Positions 24,629 to 38,475 of a stretch of DNA of 64,000 nucleotides are shown piece after piece. Under the pieces are notes generated by a model. It saw only the letters and a program-made list of their open reading frames with translations. It was not told where the DNA came from and did no database searches. Source of the stretch: Mytilus edulis (Eukaryota); assembly GCF_963676685.1 (NCBI RefSeq), contig NC_092355.1, positions 24,986,001-25,050,000 on the forward strand, read 5' to 3'. How positions within the stretch are numbered: the first letter of the stretch is position 1; the number at the start of each line of letters is the position of its first letter. A program made the position numbers and the translations under genes.

Positions 24629-24813
24629 CAATTGGCCGTTTCAGAATCTAAAGCATCAGGGGTAATTTAAATGTTCGTACCCCAAAATGAAAAGAACGTC
24701 TCGTCATTGGTTAAATTTCCATTGTTTATGACATTTTTAACCAATCAGGACATTTTAGTGTACACTTTTGAAAATATTACCCAGGATGCATTAGATTTTG
24801 AAACGGCGAATTG
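24629..24813. mobile_element. 185-bp MITE with ~38-bp TIRs
   Basis: CAATTGGCCGTTTCAGAATCTAAAGCATC / GATGCATTAGATTTTGAAACGGCGAATTG. Confidence 0.75.
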
Positions 24814-25444
24814 ACAGCAATATTATTTTGAAGTGCCATGCAATAGTTCCTCTTTAAGATAATAAAAGTTGACCTCACCATTGAAAACTGATAATTTTTG
24901 TACATGTTGTCAATTTTTAGATTATCCTACAGGGGTGAATATAAATTATTGATTGATTGATTAATTGTTGTTTGCTTTACGCCACATTAGCACACAAAAA
25001 AGGTTATATCGCGGCGTAAGCTTATTCGAATATTTTTACACTTTAAAGTATATTTTTAAAATCAGATAAAAGGTCTTTAGATAAACTGAAATTCTTGACT
25101 ACGACAAATAAAGATAACGTGGTAAAAATTTAAATAGTTTTAAATATAACATGGCATTTTTATATTTAATAAATTATTCCAACTTCTTTTAAGAATGAAA
25201 CAATATTTGTAAGGGGAACACTATTAAATAAATCATACGTATTATTGACATTCAATTGCTTCTTGCGAATATCAGCAAAGACAATACAGTTCGTGTTAAA
25301 TATAAAAGAAGTGAAATATTATAAATACCTAATGCCCAGGAAAATTCGAAACGGAAAGTCCCTAATCACATTGCAAATACATTTAAAATAGATAGGGGGA
25401 AATATTCATATGAAATATAAACAAGCAAACTAGTTACAAGTACC

Positions 25445-25866
25445 CATCCACGTCCACTTGTATGTTTGTCCATCTGATGAGTTAAGCCTTTTTCAACTGA
25501 TTTTTATACTTCGTTCTTATGTTGTACTGTTAAACCACTGTCCCAGGTTATGAGAGGGTTGGGATCCCGCTAACATTTTCAACCCCGCCACATTATTTGT
25601 GTATGTGCCTGAAATTCAGTGGTTGTCGTTTGTTTATGTGTTACATATTTGTTTTTCGTTCATTATTTTATATAAATAAGGCCGTTAGTTTTCTCGTTTG
25701 AATTGTTTTACATTGTCATATCGGGGTCTTTTATAGCTGACTATGCGGTATGGGCTTTGCTCATTGTTGAAGGCCGTACGGTGACCTATAGTCGTTAATG
25801 TCTGTGTCATTTTGATCTCTTGTGGACAGTTGTCTAATTAGCAATCATACCGCATCTTCTTTTTAT
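25445..25866 (+). mobile_element. 3-prime terminal fragment of Penelope-like element (family of 46508-48549)
   Basis: Close reverse-complement match to 46510-46945; more decayed copies at ~27530-27870 and 44965-45560. Confidence 0.8.
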
Positions 25867-27874
25867 AGTTAACTCACAATATATTTTAAATACAAATTAC
25901 AGGCCTATCTATGTACAATGATCAATAATATTGACTGTTTCAATTAATTGTACAAACAATTTTACTTTTTTTACTCAGAACACTTCACAGAAATAAAATA
26001 TTAGTAGATTTCACATTTTGTATAAAAAAAGAACACATAAACCAAAACTGACAATATTTACACGTTATTATGACAATAATATGGCGGTATCACAAATCAG
26101 AAAACAAATTTCAACTTAGAATTAAGAGAATCAGTTTTCTTTCTTCTTTCGATGTACTGCACTATCGCGAAAAATACTTTCATATTTCATGTTGGTATGT
26201 TTATAATCGAATATAGGGCTTCATCCTCCCAAACTGACCATATTTAAATTTGTTTATGAAAATTATATGACGATATTATAAATCAGTAATTAATCCAACC
26301 CAAGACGAATAGTAAATGACAGCAATATCTGTATCCATTTTTGTCTCTCAGTTGAATTTTAAAAGCACATTGGATACCTTTGTTGTGATCGTCAAAAGCC
26401 CTCGGCAAACTACATGAGCTAAAAATTATTCGAAAATATACTGCAATCTCCGAAACAGCGGTTACGTTTTCTTTACTACGCTACGTTATCTTTAAAATGA
26501 TAGTTTAGCGAAGCAACGTCACCACTGTATATCTGCTGTTTATGCCTTTCCCTTAATGATCGATTTTGTAATTGCATCAGCAAATTTAGAATGTCTTTTC
26601 AAAATAAAAAGGCAAAATATATCTACACGAAAAAAATGATATACAAAATTAAACATATATGTCAATATTCATAACAAGTTAACAAGTTTGCTTATTTATA
26701 TTTCATATGAATATTTTATAAAAGTAGTACTATAAGTACTATAAGTTTCAATGAATATTTCTGATGACATATTCAACAAGATTTCTTTTTTTCAGAATGG
26801 TAAAAACAAAAATAACATTATGCAAGAATTTTTGTTATTTGTCTGTAAGGTACCCTCATTACGACCCTCATACACATGACTCATCAGTGGAGCACACATC
26901 AGCATACGGATGAAAAAAGATGAGTATCACTGATAACCAAATCGTTCTGTCAAATCCTCGATTAATTTAGTAAACGTTCCCGTGAAAATAAAAAAAAGAT
27001 AAAAAAAAAATTGCATTCATAGAAAAGAGTTGTTAGTTTATTTATAAATATAATAGCATGTTCCAGATAGATGCAGGGGGTGTTTTACTAATTGTCTGGT
27101 CGCTTTATTTTAAAGAGAGTGCTTATTATAATATATAATGATCAGTTTTGAAAATAAACGTGTAAGTAAGTACAAAATTGGGAACATTTACCTTATCTCT
27201 TAAAGTAATATCGTGCTTAAGAATTCATATAGAGTAAACAAATATTTTAAATAGTTTGTCCCGATCTTTATACAGGGTGTTATTATCTATGACTATGATC
27301 TGTCGTTTAGTATTCATTTAATGTGGTGTCTTTACTTTACGAAAGAGTGTGTTTCTCTGAATATGTAAAATATTTTTCTTTGTTCATTTAATGTGTCGTC
27401 CTTGCATTTATAATTATGATAATGGGTGTGCTTTTTAAATCTGAATCTGTTTTTCTTTGTTTATGTGGGATGTTATCCTCACATTTATAAAGATATGTCC
27501 ATTCAGATGTAAATCAAATATAATATGGACCTGTTGAGTCGAGCCCTTTTCAACGGATTTTTATAGTTCGTTTATATGTTGTTCTGTTACACAATTCACC
27601 CTGGTCAATTAAGGTTTAGACACCTGCAAAAATGTTTAACCCTGTCATATTCTATATATGCCTGTCCCAAGTCAGGAGTCTTTTTATTAGTTGTTGTAGT
27701 TTGTTGCTGTTTCATTGTTATGTACATATATAAGGTCGCCAGTTTCTCGTTTCAATTGTTATACTTTATGGAATAAATTTTGCTTATTGATAAAGGGTCG
27801 TACTTTGACCTATATTTTTAGTTCCAATGTTATTTGTTTTGTTTTGGAATGTTGTCCCAATGGCAATTATACCA

Positions 27875-30800
27875 ACTTAAGTTTGTAATTATAGCAAAAG
27901 TTGCTGGAACATTATTTACTTATTTTATGTTTAACATTTAATATATCAGACTTGTTAGAGAAAATTAAAATACATCTATGATACAGACAAGGTGGGCGAA
28001 ATTGATTTGTGACAGACTCTGCTTTTCTTTGTAATCTAATTGATTATGCAGTTTCTACACTTTATAATTATGCAAATATTACGTCTATAATATTTTATTC
28101 AAACCATGTCAACTACCGATTAATTTTAAACATATTATGCTTACGTCTGTGGAATTTTACATGTTACCTTCAAAAAGTACATGCAATATAAATGTACACA
28201 TGAAAAGTTCCTTGATTCAGGAATTCATCTTTGAAAATAAATAAAGCTGATCGAATTACATGAAAATCTTAGATTCGAGTCTTCTGTCACAATCGCTTTT
28301 GTCCTTCTATAGGGAACTGTCAGGATTATGTAAATGTTGTCAATGAAAAGAGAAGTCTGTAGGTACCTTTTGCACCATCTGATGTACTTGAATAGAATAG
28401 CCCTGTATTCCGGTTTCTTTATTTGTTACTTGTGAGCTCGGACCTTTTTATTAAATTTTCCAGTTTAGCCTATGTAAAATCCTTGCAGTCAACACATTCA
28501 CTAATCAATACAGTATGTTCAATCTATTGATTTACATGTCATGTTTTAATTTACGAAGAATATCTGTCAACTGTGGAAATAATTTACATTGCTGGTTTCA
28601 AAGTTGTCATATTATTTGCAGCACACCCCAAGTTTTTACTGCAAATTCCTCTTTGTTCTACCAATAATAATTCTTGTCTGATTTCATTTTCCATGCTGCT
28701 GACAATTATATGTAAAGTTGTCCTTTTTAGTCAGTTCGTTCATCCTGGTACTTGGAAGGTTTGATTTCATAACGTTGAATACGTTTGTAAAGTTTGGTCC
28801 ATGACTTCATCAAACACTATCAGTTCTGTATTGTCCTATCTTTCTTTAGACATTCGGAGTTATTTATTTACGTTGTTAAGCTTAATAATTACCGTTTAAG
28901 GAGGCTCGAGGGTATACAAATTTCAGAAAAAAATAAACATTTGTTTTTTCATTACACATTTTATTTCTGACTTTATTAGTTGTTACTTTATCATATGGTA
29001 CAAAAATCATTTAAATAAAACAATTCGTTTTGGCCCCATATGACTTTTAAAATGTATATATCATTGGAAAAGCTGAAAATGATCTACCTTTGGTGCAAAA
29101 ATGCATTTTTTTGGCATTAAAATTGAAATATCTTTTTTTAACTCATCGGTGACCTATATTATCAGATTATTATTATTATTTTCAAATAAGCTTTTCTTAA
29201 ACTAAACTATTGTAAAATTTTAGAGATTTTTGTAATTTAGGTTTTTTTTCATTTAGATATTACCTCTTTTTTTAATAAGTTCAACAGTTTTAAATTCCGG
29301 TCCAGCAACGAGTGGTCAAAAAGACCTGTTAATTACAACATTTCCACAAACGTGCAGTTCATTGATTGACTACATTATGGATTTGCTTACTTGGTGGATT
29401 TTTTGTAGTTCATAAAAATGACCTTGCTTTTGGTGTAAATAACATAAATTAGCTTTTTCATGATCTGTAAGCGAGTCATCGTATATGCATGTCATCGTTT
29501 TTGTATTTCATTTTGTCGCTTTATCCGGAATTTGTGACAGTTTTTGTGGTACATTATTGATCATGAAACTGTTCTATGATCCTTTCTTTATGATAATTTC
29601 TGCCTCTTACTAGTATTATTCCATCTTGTTTTCCTTTATAAATGACAGTATAGTCATTATCTTTTATAACAGCTTGTATGCTGGGTTGTTTTTTAGGTCT
29701 CTCTAATAGATGCGTTTGTTTGCAGCTTTTAAACTAATTTGGTACTTAAAAGACTAAAGATGTGTGGTAAAATTTATCTTAAAAGGTGAATGTCTGTGCC
29801 TCCTGCTGTGCCATAAGGTAGCACTCCACAGTTAGGAAATAAAACTAAAATTGAACCACAAAATGTTTCATCATCTTCTATTCCTATTGTCTCAATTGTA
29901 ATTATACCACCTTAAGTTTGTAGTTATAGAAAAAGTTGATGGAACATTATTTACTTATTTTATGTTTAACATTCAATATATTAGACATGTTAGAGAAAAT
30001 TAAAAATACATCTATGATACAGACAAGGTGGGCGAAATTGATTTGTGACAGACTCTGCTTTCCTATGTTAATTTAATTGATTATGCAATTTCTACACTTT
30101 TTAATGATGCAAATGTTACGTCTATAATATTTTATTCCAACATTTTATTTACCGATTGATTTATAGTTATATTATGCTTACGTCTGTGGAATGTCACATG
30201 GTTCTTTCAAAGAGGACATGCAATATAAATGTATACATGAAAGGTTCCTTGATACAGGAATTGATACTTGGAAAATAAATGACCAATAACTGATAGAATA
30301 ACATGAACATAATAAAATCGAATCTTCTTTCACAAGCGCTTTTGTCTTTTTGTTGGGAACTATCAAGATTATGTAAATATTGTCAATAAAGAGAGAAGAG
30401 GAGACTATGGCTTATACCATTGTTTGTTAGGAAGTTCTGAAACTCTTGAACTAAGCGTTTATTTTTAGCTAAGGTTTAAATATCTTTATGAAATACTGTT
30501 CCATTTCATATAGGTATATTTAGAACCACCTGTTGCACTTGAAAAATGGTAATATTTTAAATGTTCCATTGACGCACGTTTCATTGTGTATTCTGAATAG
30601 AATTTGCCTGTATTTCGGATGCTATTTGTTCTTGTGAATTCGGACCCTTTCAATTAATTTTCCAGTTTGGCCTATGTAAAGTTTCTTGCAGTTAACACAT
30701 TGAATTATATTGATTTATTTTCGTTTATACATTCACGGAGTAATTCTGTCCAATGTGGAAATATTTTATACTGCCGGTCTCAAAGATAATTATCATTATG

Positions 30801-31060
30801 TGAAGCACGCACAAGTTTTACTGCAAATCACTTTTGGTTCGAATCTAATTTTAATTAGATACATTTTTTTCAATTTATAAGCTGCGGAAGCTTATAAATA
30901 TGGGAAAGCAAATTTACAGATCTAAAATTGTTGGGTTGATGTTTAGACGAGTTGTATATATATATATATATATATCAGTTCTTCCATCCTTGTACCTGGA
31001 AGGTATGATTTCATAACGTTGAATATGTTTGGTAATTTTGGTTCAAGAGTGCATACAAAT
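27875..31060. repeat. Diverged local duplication (~27875-28800 and ~29910-31060)
   Basis: Shared blocks such as ATACATCTATGATACAGACAAGGTGGGCGAAATTGATTTGTGACAGACTCTGCTTT at ~27970 and ~30006. Confidence 0.85.
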
Positions 31061-34000
31061 GAAATTGGTTCTGTGTTATCCCATTTTCCTAATGGCGTTC
31101 AATTTCATTTCCAACTCTTTCATCGAATGCTAATTATCGCCTGATTCTTGTTTTCAGGAAGCAACGGGTCTCACATTTGAAACAAAGAAAACATACATTG
31201 ATTATGTTTTAAGTAAGAATATAATTCGAATAATCAATAAATACACAACATCTACATCATGCTATAACTATGCGTGAAGATCTTTATGATATGTTATATG
31301 TTCCTTATATCGTAACTACAATCCCGTTCCGTTTTCAAGAATATGAACTACCGAATTATACTATATACCGGGTTTCTTATAAAATGACGGGTGCCACATG
31401 TGGAGCAGGATCTCCTTACCCTTCCGGTATCACCCCAAGTTTTTTTTATGGGTTCGTGTCGCTTAGTCATGTACCAAATCAATAAAATGGCAGTTGTTAT
31501 TTCATAGTTCATGTCTGTGTGTGTGTTGCTATTTCGTTGTTTGATTATTTACAATGTCCATTAAAAACAAGTGTGGCGTAAACGTCAATGAGCCGCAACT
31601 TAGCGACACGAATAACCAAAAGACATGTTCAAGTTTGATGTTAAAATAAAATGTGCGTTTTCCTCAATGAGACAGCATCCCAGCGACAAAAGGACAAGGT
31701 ATGATAAGAGGCATATTTGGCCCCCCTTTTTCCCGATTTGAGAAACTTATAAGTTGAAACCCATCCCGCTTGTGAAATGACCTATAGTATCTGTTCTTAA
31801 ACGTATCGCCTTATTTTGTTGAATTATGTTCCCAGTTTTTTGCAAAAAGAGACCTCAAAAAGGCCATGAACAACGAAAAGTGTTAAAAATCTACAATTTT
31901 GTGACGTTTGAAGACAATATTCAACATCAGCGCCAACGTAGACCATCCTGAAATAATCAACCAGCTACTCTTCTCTACTATATCTTTCATCTTATGAAAT
32001 ATCATGGTGGTCTACGTTGGCGCTCATATTTTAAATTGAAAAAAAATAAATATCCGTTTGTTTACAATTTTGACAAATCGATATAATACGGCAAATGAAC
32101 CGGTCCGGTTCCGACACTATTCCGGTAGCTAGATGCAGACGGAAAACCAAGAGTTGCTGTACCCTACCAAGCACTCTCAAGAAAATACGGGTAAGCAACA
32201 CATTTCCAACCCAAATCTTAACTACAGGCAAATAAAAAAAACTGGAATTCTGCATGTTTGCAATAAGCAATTATAAATGCAAATGTAAGTTTTATTTACG
32301 AGTCTGCCGGGCAAGTGGATCAGGCCTTGACGGCTTGAGCTTGAAAACGATTGCATTTTGTATACAAATAATACGTATCGTTGCCTGCCCTCAATAACTA
32401 GGAATATACTTTTGATAATCATATTTTGCAAGATTCAAGATGTTTCTTGTTAGAAATTCTTGTGTATGTCGCTCCTGTAGGGGGAGGGTGTCTTCTTTCT
32501 TCATTTTTAAAAAATATCTCCAGGGGTTAATAATTAATCAAAATATCAAGCATTCATAGATTTAACGTATTATCACCAAACATATTACAGATAATACGTA
32601 AGACGTGAAATTAACACAGGCTATATAAGCCCGACGCAGACGACATAGGTTTGTTTACATAATAAAAGAGTGACGTCCCCTGAAAATTGATGAATTAATT
32701 TTTCGTTTATATTTTTTTCCAACATGTAGAAATACGGTTTAAGTATGATTCATAATTGGGTTATCATTAATAAATACCTTTTTTTTTTAATTTTGAAGTA
32801 AATTGTTTAATTCAATTATTTTACTTTGAACTGGAAAATTTTATAATGTACCAGTTACGGAGATGTAGAGGCTTAAATAATAGAAGAACAAATCATATAT
32901 CGTTTCGAAAATACCGACTGTGCAAATCTGTATAGCCAGTCAAGGTCGTCAAAAACGTCCATTTTTTGTTGCTTGGTATAAAAGTGACTGTGCCAAAACT
33001 GTATAGCCAGTCCAGGCCTGATAACTTAAATAAAAAGACAATCAAGGACGTTAAAATCTTCCATGTGTTGTCGTTTTGAACCATGACCGTGCATGACGAA
33101 ATCTCAAGTTAGACACAACAAGGTCGGAGGTTAAATGACAAACTTGATATTGAATATTTAAGATGTCATGCCGGCAAATTCTGAAAAGGATAACTAAGAA
33201 AGTAAAACGCTCCCCATCCTGAAACAAACAAACAAATGTATGAAAAGTTTCGTTGCAAATGGGGAAATGAACCTGTTTTATCATTGCTTGCGTAACGTCT
33301 CACTTGTATGAAGTTGTAGTGTCTTCTATAATAAAAGTATAAAGTCTACACGCCACCAACGCAAAACGTATCTTGAGACGCACTAAGAAAAAAAATAAGT
33401 GTAACCCTTGTCCCTCCGTCCGCCACAAAATTTGTTTCCATCTCTAACTTTAGTTTTTCTCAACCAAATGATATGAAACTGATACACAATGCTTATTGCC
33501 AATAAAAACAGATCAAGTTCGAATTTGGGTGGTGTAACCCTTACTATATATATATATATAATTTACCGAAAAGGGGGGGGGGTATCATAAGTGTTCAATG
33601 AACACATGCTCCATTTAATTTAGATTGTAAGCACTCTTTCAATATTGTTGAATTTGATAAGCTGTCTTCATAAACTAAAAGTTTGTGGTTTATTTAGCAT
33701 TTCTTTTCTTATAGCTCAACTTGATAAATCCCTAAATACAAAGCCCAAAGAAGAGTATACCGGAAAAATGTAGAACTAGTTACACGTATATCCGATAGAA
33801 GATTTAGGTAAATCATACAATATCCGCTTATTTTATACCAGTGCTCATGCATTCCAAAATATATCCATTCCAACCACTTCTGCTACAGTAAATGTACAAC
33901 TCTTCGGATGTACTGCAACACTGCAACATTTATAAACTATGATTTCCGTATACTCATATAACAATATACCAGTATTCAAATGGTGCATAATCACACGGAA

Positions 34001-35094
34001 AAAAAAGTTCCGGCTTAAAGTTTAGCAGAATCATTTTCCCAATTCACTTGTAATAACAAATTATTATTAAAGAAAATGTAGATCTACTTTGCAATCTTGC
34101 AATATAATTTTTTGATAGTTTTTTTTAAAAAAGATCTCTCTTCACACAAGAAAAATAAGAAGTGATTATCTTTCGTGTTTTTCGCAGTTCTTATTTATGA
34201 TGAACACATAAAGAAATACAATTGAGACTGGAAATGGGAATAACCCGACCAAAGAGAAGACAACTAAAATTGAAAGAGAATATATAACACCCCCTCCCCA
34301 TACAAATGTAAATTGAAAGGCCTTCCACAAAGTCACCATTTTAATTAAGGGTGTATCCTAAAGGCTAAAACGAAGTGTACAAGTAACGCAATATTGTTTA
34401 GTTTTTATTTGTACATGTCATGTTTTGATTAAATACCCCAAGATCGATTATAAATTTTACGTATTGTAATGTAGTTCAAAAAGTGCTAACATTGCTACGC
34501 AAGTAGATTTTGAAACATTGTTCTTGATTTTGAAATATCAATCAAAGATTAAATTCTTACGGCCTTATCCTGTTTATTTGTTTATTTTCAAATCATTAAA
34601 GATTCATCATCAACTATAATTATGCTTTTTTTTTTTACATTTTGCAGCACTTTTGAAATTCCAGCAAGATGGTCATGATCAACAGCATTGATACATGTTA
34701 TATTGGATTCATAAAATAGGTAATTTATAAAATAAAAAATACTACATACAAAAATATACTCCTTATCTGTCCTCACAACGATTTATGTGTTCGTAGAAAC
34801 CAAAGTAGATGGTTGTGCATATATGAAAATAAGGAGTTTGGTATGATTCCCAACTAGACAACTATCCACAAAAATTCAAATGAAGTAGATTTTAACCATT
34901 ATATGAAAAAGTTGGGACTTTATCAATGAGAAAAACCCCATGTCATACAGTTGACTATACAAGGTCCAAACATAAAAAAAAATGTAAATAGACAATTGAT
35001 AAAACTAACGACCAAATCTATAACAAAACAATTATATGGTTATCATATTTATATAAAATATATACATTAACTCGGAATGTGGTATACGTTTACA

Positions 35095-36330
35095 TATAAA
35101 ATACAAGAGACAAGACAATGTAAACGAGAAAATGAACAGGAAACAATATCAGTGAGACAGGACAATGTTAACGAGACAAGAGACAAGACAATATACATGA
35201 AACGAGAAACAAAAGACAAGTACAAGACAATGAAAACAAGAGACAATATACAAGAGACAAAAGATAATGAAAACACGACAAGATACAAGAGACAATATTA
35301 ATGAGACAAGATACAAAAGAAGATGTAACCGAGACAAGATACAAGATACACGAGATAATGTAAATGACACAAGACACTAATTTAATGAGACATGACACAA
35401 GAGACATGACACATCACAATGTAAACGAGACAAGAAACAAAATACATGAAACAATGAGACCTTATTTTAATGGGACAAGACACAAAAGACATGACAATGT
35501 AAACGAGACAAAAGAGCAAGACAATGAAAACAAGAGACAATATACAAGAGACAATATTAATGAGACAAGATACAAAAAAAAATGTAAAGAAGACAAGAAA
35601 CAAAATACATGAGACAATGTTAATGTCACGATACCTCATTTAAATGAGACAAGACACAATAGACATGACAATGTAAATGAGACAAAAGAGCAAGACAACG
35701 AAAACAAAAGACAAATAACAAGAGACAAAAGACAATGAAAACAAGACTAGATACAAGGACAATGTCAATGAGACAAGATACAAAAGTCAAGATACAATTT
35801 TAATGAGACAAGACACAAGAAACATGAAACAATACAATGTAAACGAGACAAGATACAAGATACATGAGACAATGTAAATGAGACAAGACACCATTTTAAT
35901 GAGACATGACACAATAGACATGACGCATGACAATGTACACGAGACAAGAAACAAAATACATGAGACAATGTAAATGAGACAAGCCGCCATTTTAATGAGA
36001 CAAGACACAAAAGACATGACAATGTAAACGAGACAAAAGACAAGTGACTCGACAATATGTATTAGACAAGAGACAAACGGAAATAGAAACGGGACAAGAT
36101 ACAAGGTAAACAAGACATGATACAGGCTGCAAAAGACAATGTACACCGGGACAAGAAACACAAGACAGTGCACAAGTAACTGTATTCATGTGACGATATA
36201 CAATGTAAATGAGACAAGAAACAAAAGACAATGTACACGAAACAAGATACAATGGACAAGAGAAGACAATGGGACCGAGACAAGATACAAACAGCAATGT
36301 AAACAAGACAAGAGACAAAAGACAGTTAAA
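35095..36330 (+). repeat. Degenerate ACAAG/GACAA low-complexity tandem array inside the transposon
   Basis: Strongly strand-biased GAGACAAGA/ACAATGTAAA units; source of many spurious ORFs. Confidence 0.9.
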
Positions 36331-36397
36331 CCAGGTGATGCAAGCAAATATGTATATGAAATATTTTTTATTTTTTATTTTATTTAGCCACATAGCT

Positions 36398-38475
36398 ATG
36401 GCTAAAAATTACAGTTGTGGTCTCTGCAAAAAGACGCATTTAACAGTCAAAAACAGAAGAACAATAGTAAATGAAAAAATAATAGATTATCTGGCCAAAA
36501 CTCTTAAAAGGAATATTGATAATGCAACTACATGTATATGCTTGCAATGCAGGGCACAAATATACCGGGATATGAAAGACTAGGTACAACTTGCCAGCCA
36601 AACGATGATGATGATCCAGATTTTTTGGCAGAAGAAATATTACCAACAGAACTGATAAGCCCCAAATCTATACAGTTAAACCTTTCATCTACATCTAAAT
36701 CTCATAGACGTTGTACTGTTTGTCAGAAAAATAGTAGTAATCGACATCGACAGGTAGTTGTACCACATGAGGCTCGAACTCAGGCTTTCATTGACAAATG
36801 TATCGTTATACCAGCAAATAGCAGATGTTGTCCCAATCATCTTTTGGGAAACTATTTTACACAAGAGTCTATTTCAAAGATACCAGAAGTAAATAACACT
36901 ACACTTTTTAATAGAAGTGACATCACTGATCTATTAGACAGGGTTCGAGGAACATTGACATTAAATGGCAAACTTAACTTTGACTGTGTACACTCATTGT
37001 CAGAGGAGGACTACCAAAGACTGACTGGTTTAACAAGAAATCAGTTCGAAGCTGTTGCAAATACAGTTACTGACCTCAGGAAATCTGAAATAAGATCTGT
37101 AAAGACATGTTTGGCCATCCTTTTAGTTAAACTAAGGACTGGACTTTCAAATTCAATTTTAGCAACATTATTCTCATTAGAAATACACCAAATTCAAAGA
37201 GCGACGCATGCTGCTAGATCCTCTTTGATGAAGTCATTTGTGCCAAAGTTTCTTGGCTTTCAACATATGTCCCACGAGAAGTTCACTAGAGACCACACCA
37301 CTCCAACAGCAAGAACTTTGTTTGCAGATGATCAACAAGAGACTGGTATTCTTGTCCTTGATGGGACTTATATCTACCTACAGAAAAGTTCCCACCATCA
37401 TTTTCAAAAGCAGACATACAGTATGCATAAAGGGAGATCCTTAGTAAAGCCCATGATGATTGTTGCAACAGACGGGTATATTTTAAATGTCCTCGGCCCA
37501 TATTATGCTGATGGTCATAACAATGATGCTTCTATCATTAAGCATGTATTTAAGACTAATGCTGACGAAATTAACACATGGATGCACGATGATGATGTCA
37601 TGGTTGTAGATAGAGGCTTTCGTGATGCGGAAGAATTTTTGAAAAAATTAAATTTCAAAGTTGAGATGCCTTGTTTTCTAAAGAAAGGTGCAAAGCAGCA
37701 AACAGTCGATGAAGCGAATACCACTCGACTTGTAACTAAAGTGCGCTGGGTAGTGGAAAGTGCAAACGGCAGAATCAAACAGTGGAAATTTTTAGATAAA
37801 GTTGTTGCCAACCACTACGTTCCAACCATTGGGGACTTTGTACGAATTGTATGCGCTCTTGTTAACTGTTTTAGGCCGCCTCTCATAAATGATTTTGGCA
37901 ATGATGATATAGGAAAAGAAATGATTGAAAAGGCTCAATTAGACAACCATGTCATACTATATGTAGAGGAGCACAACCTTCTGAGAAGAAAAACTGTATA
38001 CAAGGAAGTTGATGGTGCAACTGAGCTTATCATGTTCCCAAGGATATCTCTAGACCATCTGAGACAAATTACTATGGGTATTTACCAAATTAAGTTAGCT
38101 AAAAGGTATACAGATGCCCATCAGGAGGACGACAACTATGCATTGTACATTTGCAAGGATAGGCCAGATCTGTTGCGAGTAAAAATGCAGTCTCGCCATT
38201 CATCTTCTAGATGCTATCATTTGTGGTTGGAGTACGATGAGAATGATGTCAGTGGGTGGTATTGTACATGTAAAGTTGGGTCACGTATGGTCGGGTGTTG
38301 TGCTCACATCGCCAGCGTTGTTTGGTATCTTGGATATCAGAAGTGGAATATTGAGGCTGCTCAATCTGTCAATGCTTCCGGAAAGTTTTCAAGTTCCATA
38401 CTCAATGCTAAAGATGTTCCTGAAGAGTCTGACATGTCTGACGTAGAAAGTGTTGATTCATATGTAGAAGAATGA
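36398..38475 (+). CDS. DDE transposase (Harbinger/IS5-like, DDE_Tnp_4-type) with N-terminal Cys zinc finger and C-terminal SWIM finger; one frameshift at ~36575
   Basis: Long ORF 36532..38475 with VLDGTYIY, VVDRGF, RWVVESANGRIK catalytic motifs, HTH-like LVKLRTGLSN..LATLF, SWIM CTCKVGSRMVGCCAH; upstream frame from ATG 36398 has CGLC...CLQC. Confidence 0.9.

Noticed and set aside
32893-33284. Second transposon gene on the minus strand
   Set aside because: Short ORFs in different frames with no Myb/SANT, YqaJ or other recognisable motif
35067-36393. Many Cys/Leu/Val-rich or Thr/Arg-rich ORFs
   Set aside because: Artefacts of the ACAAG low-complexity array
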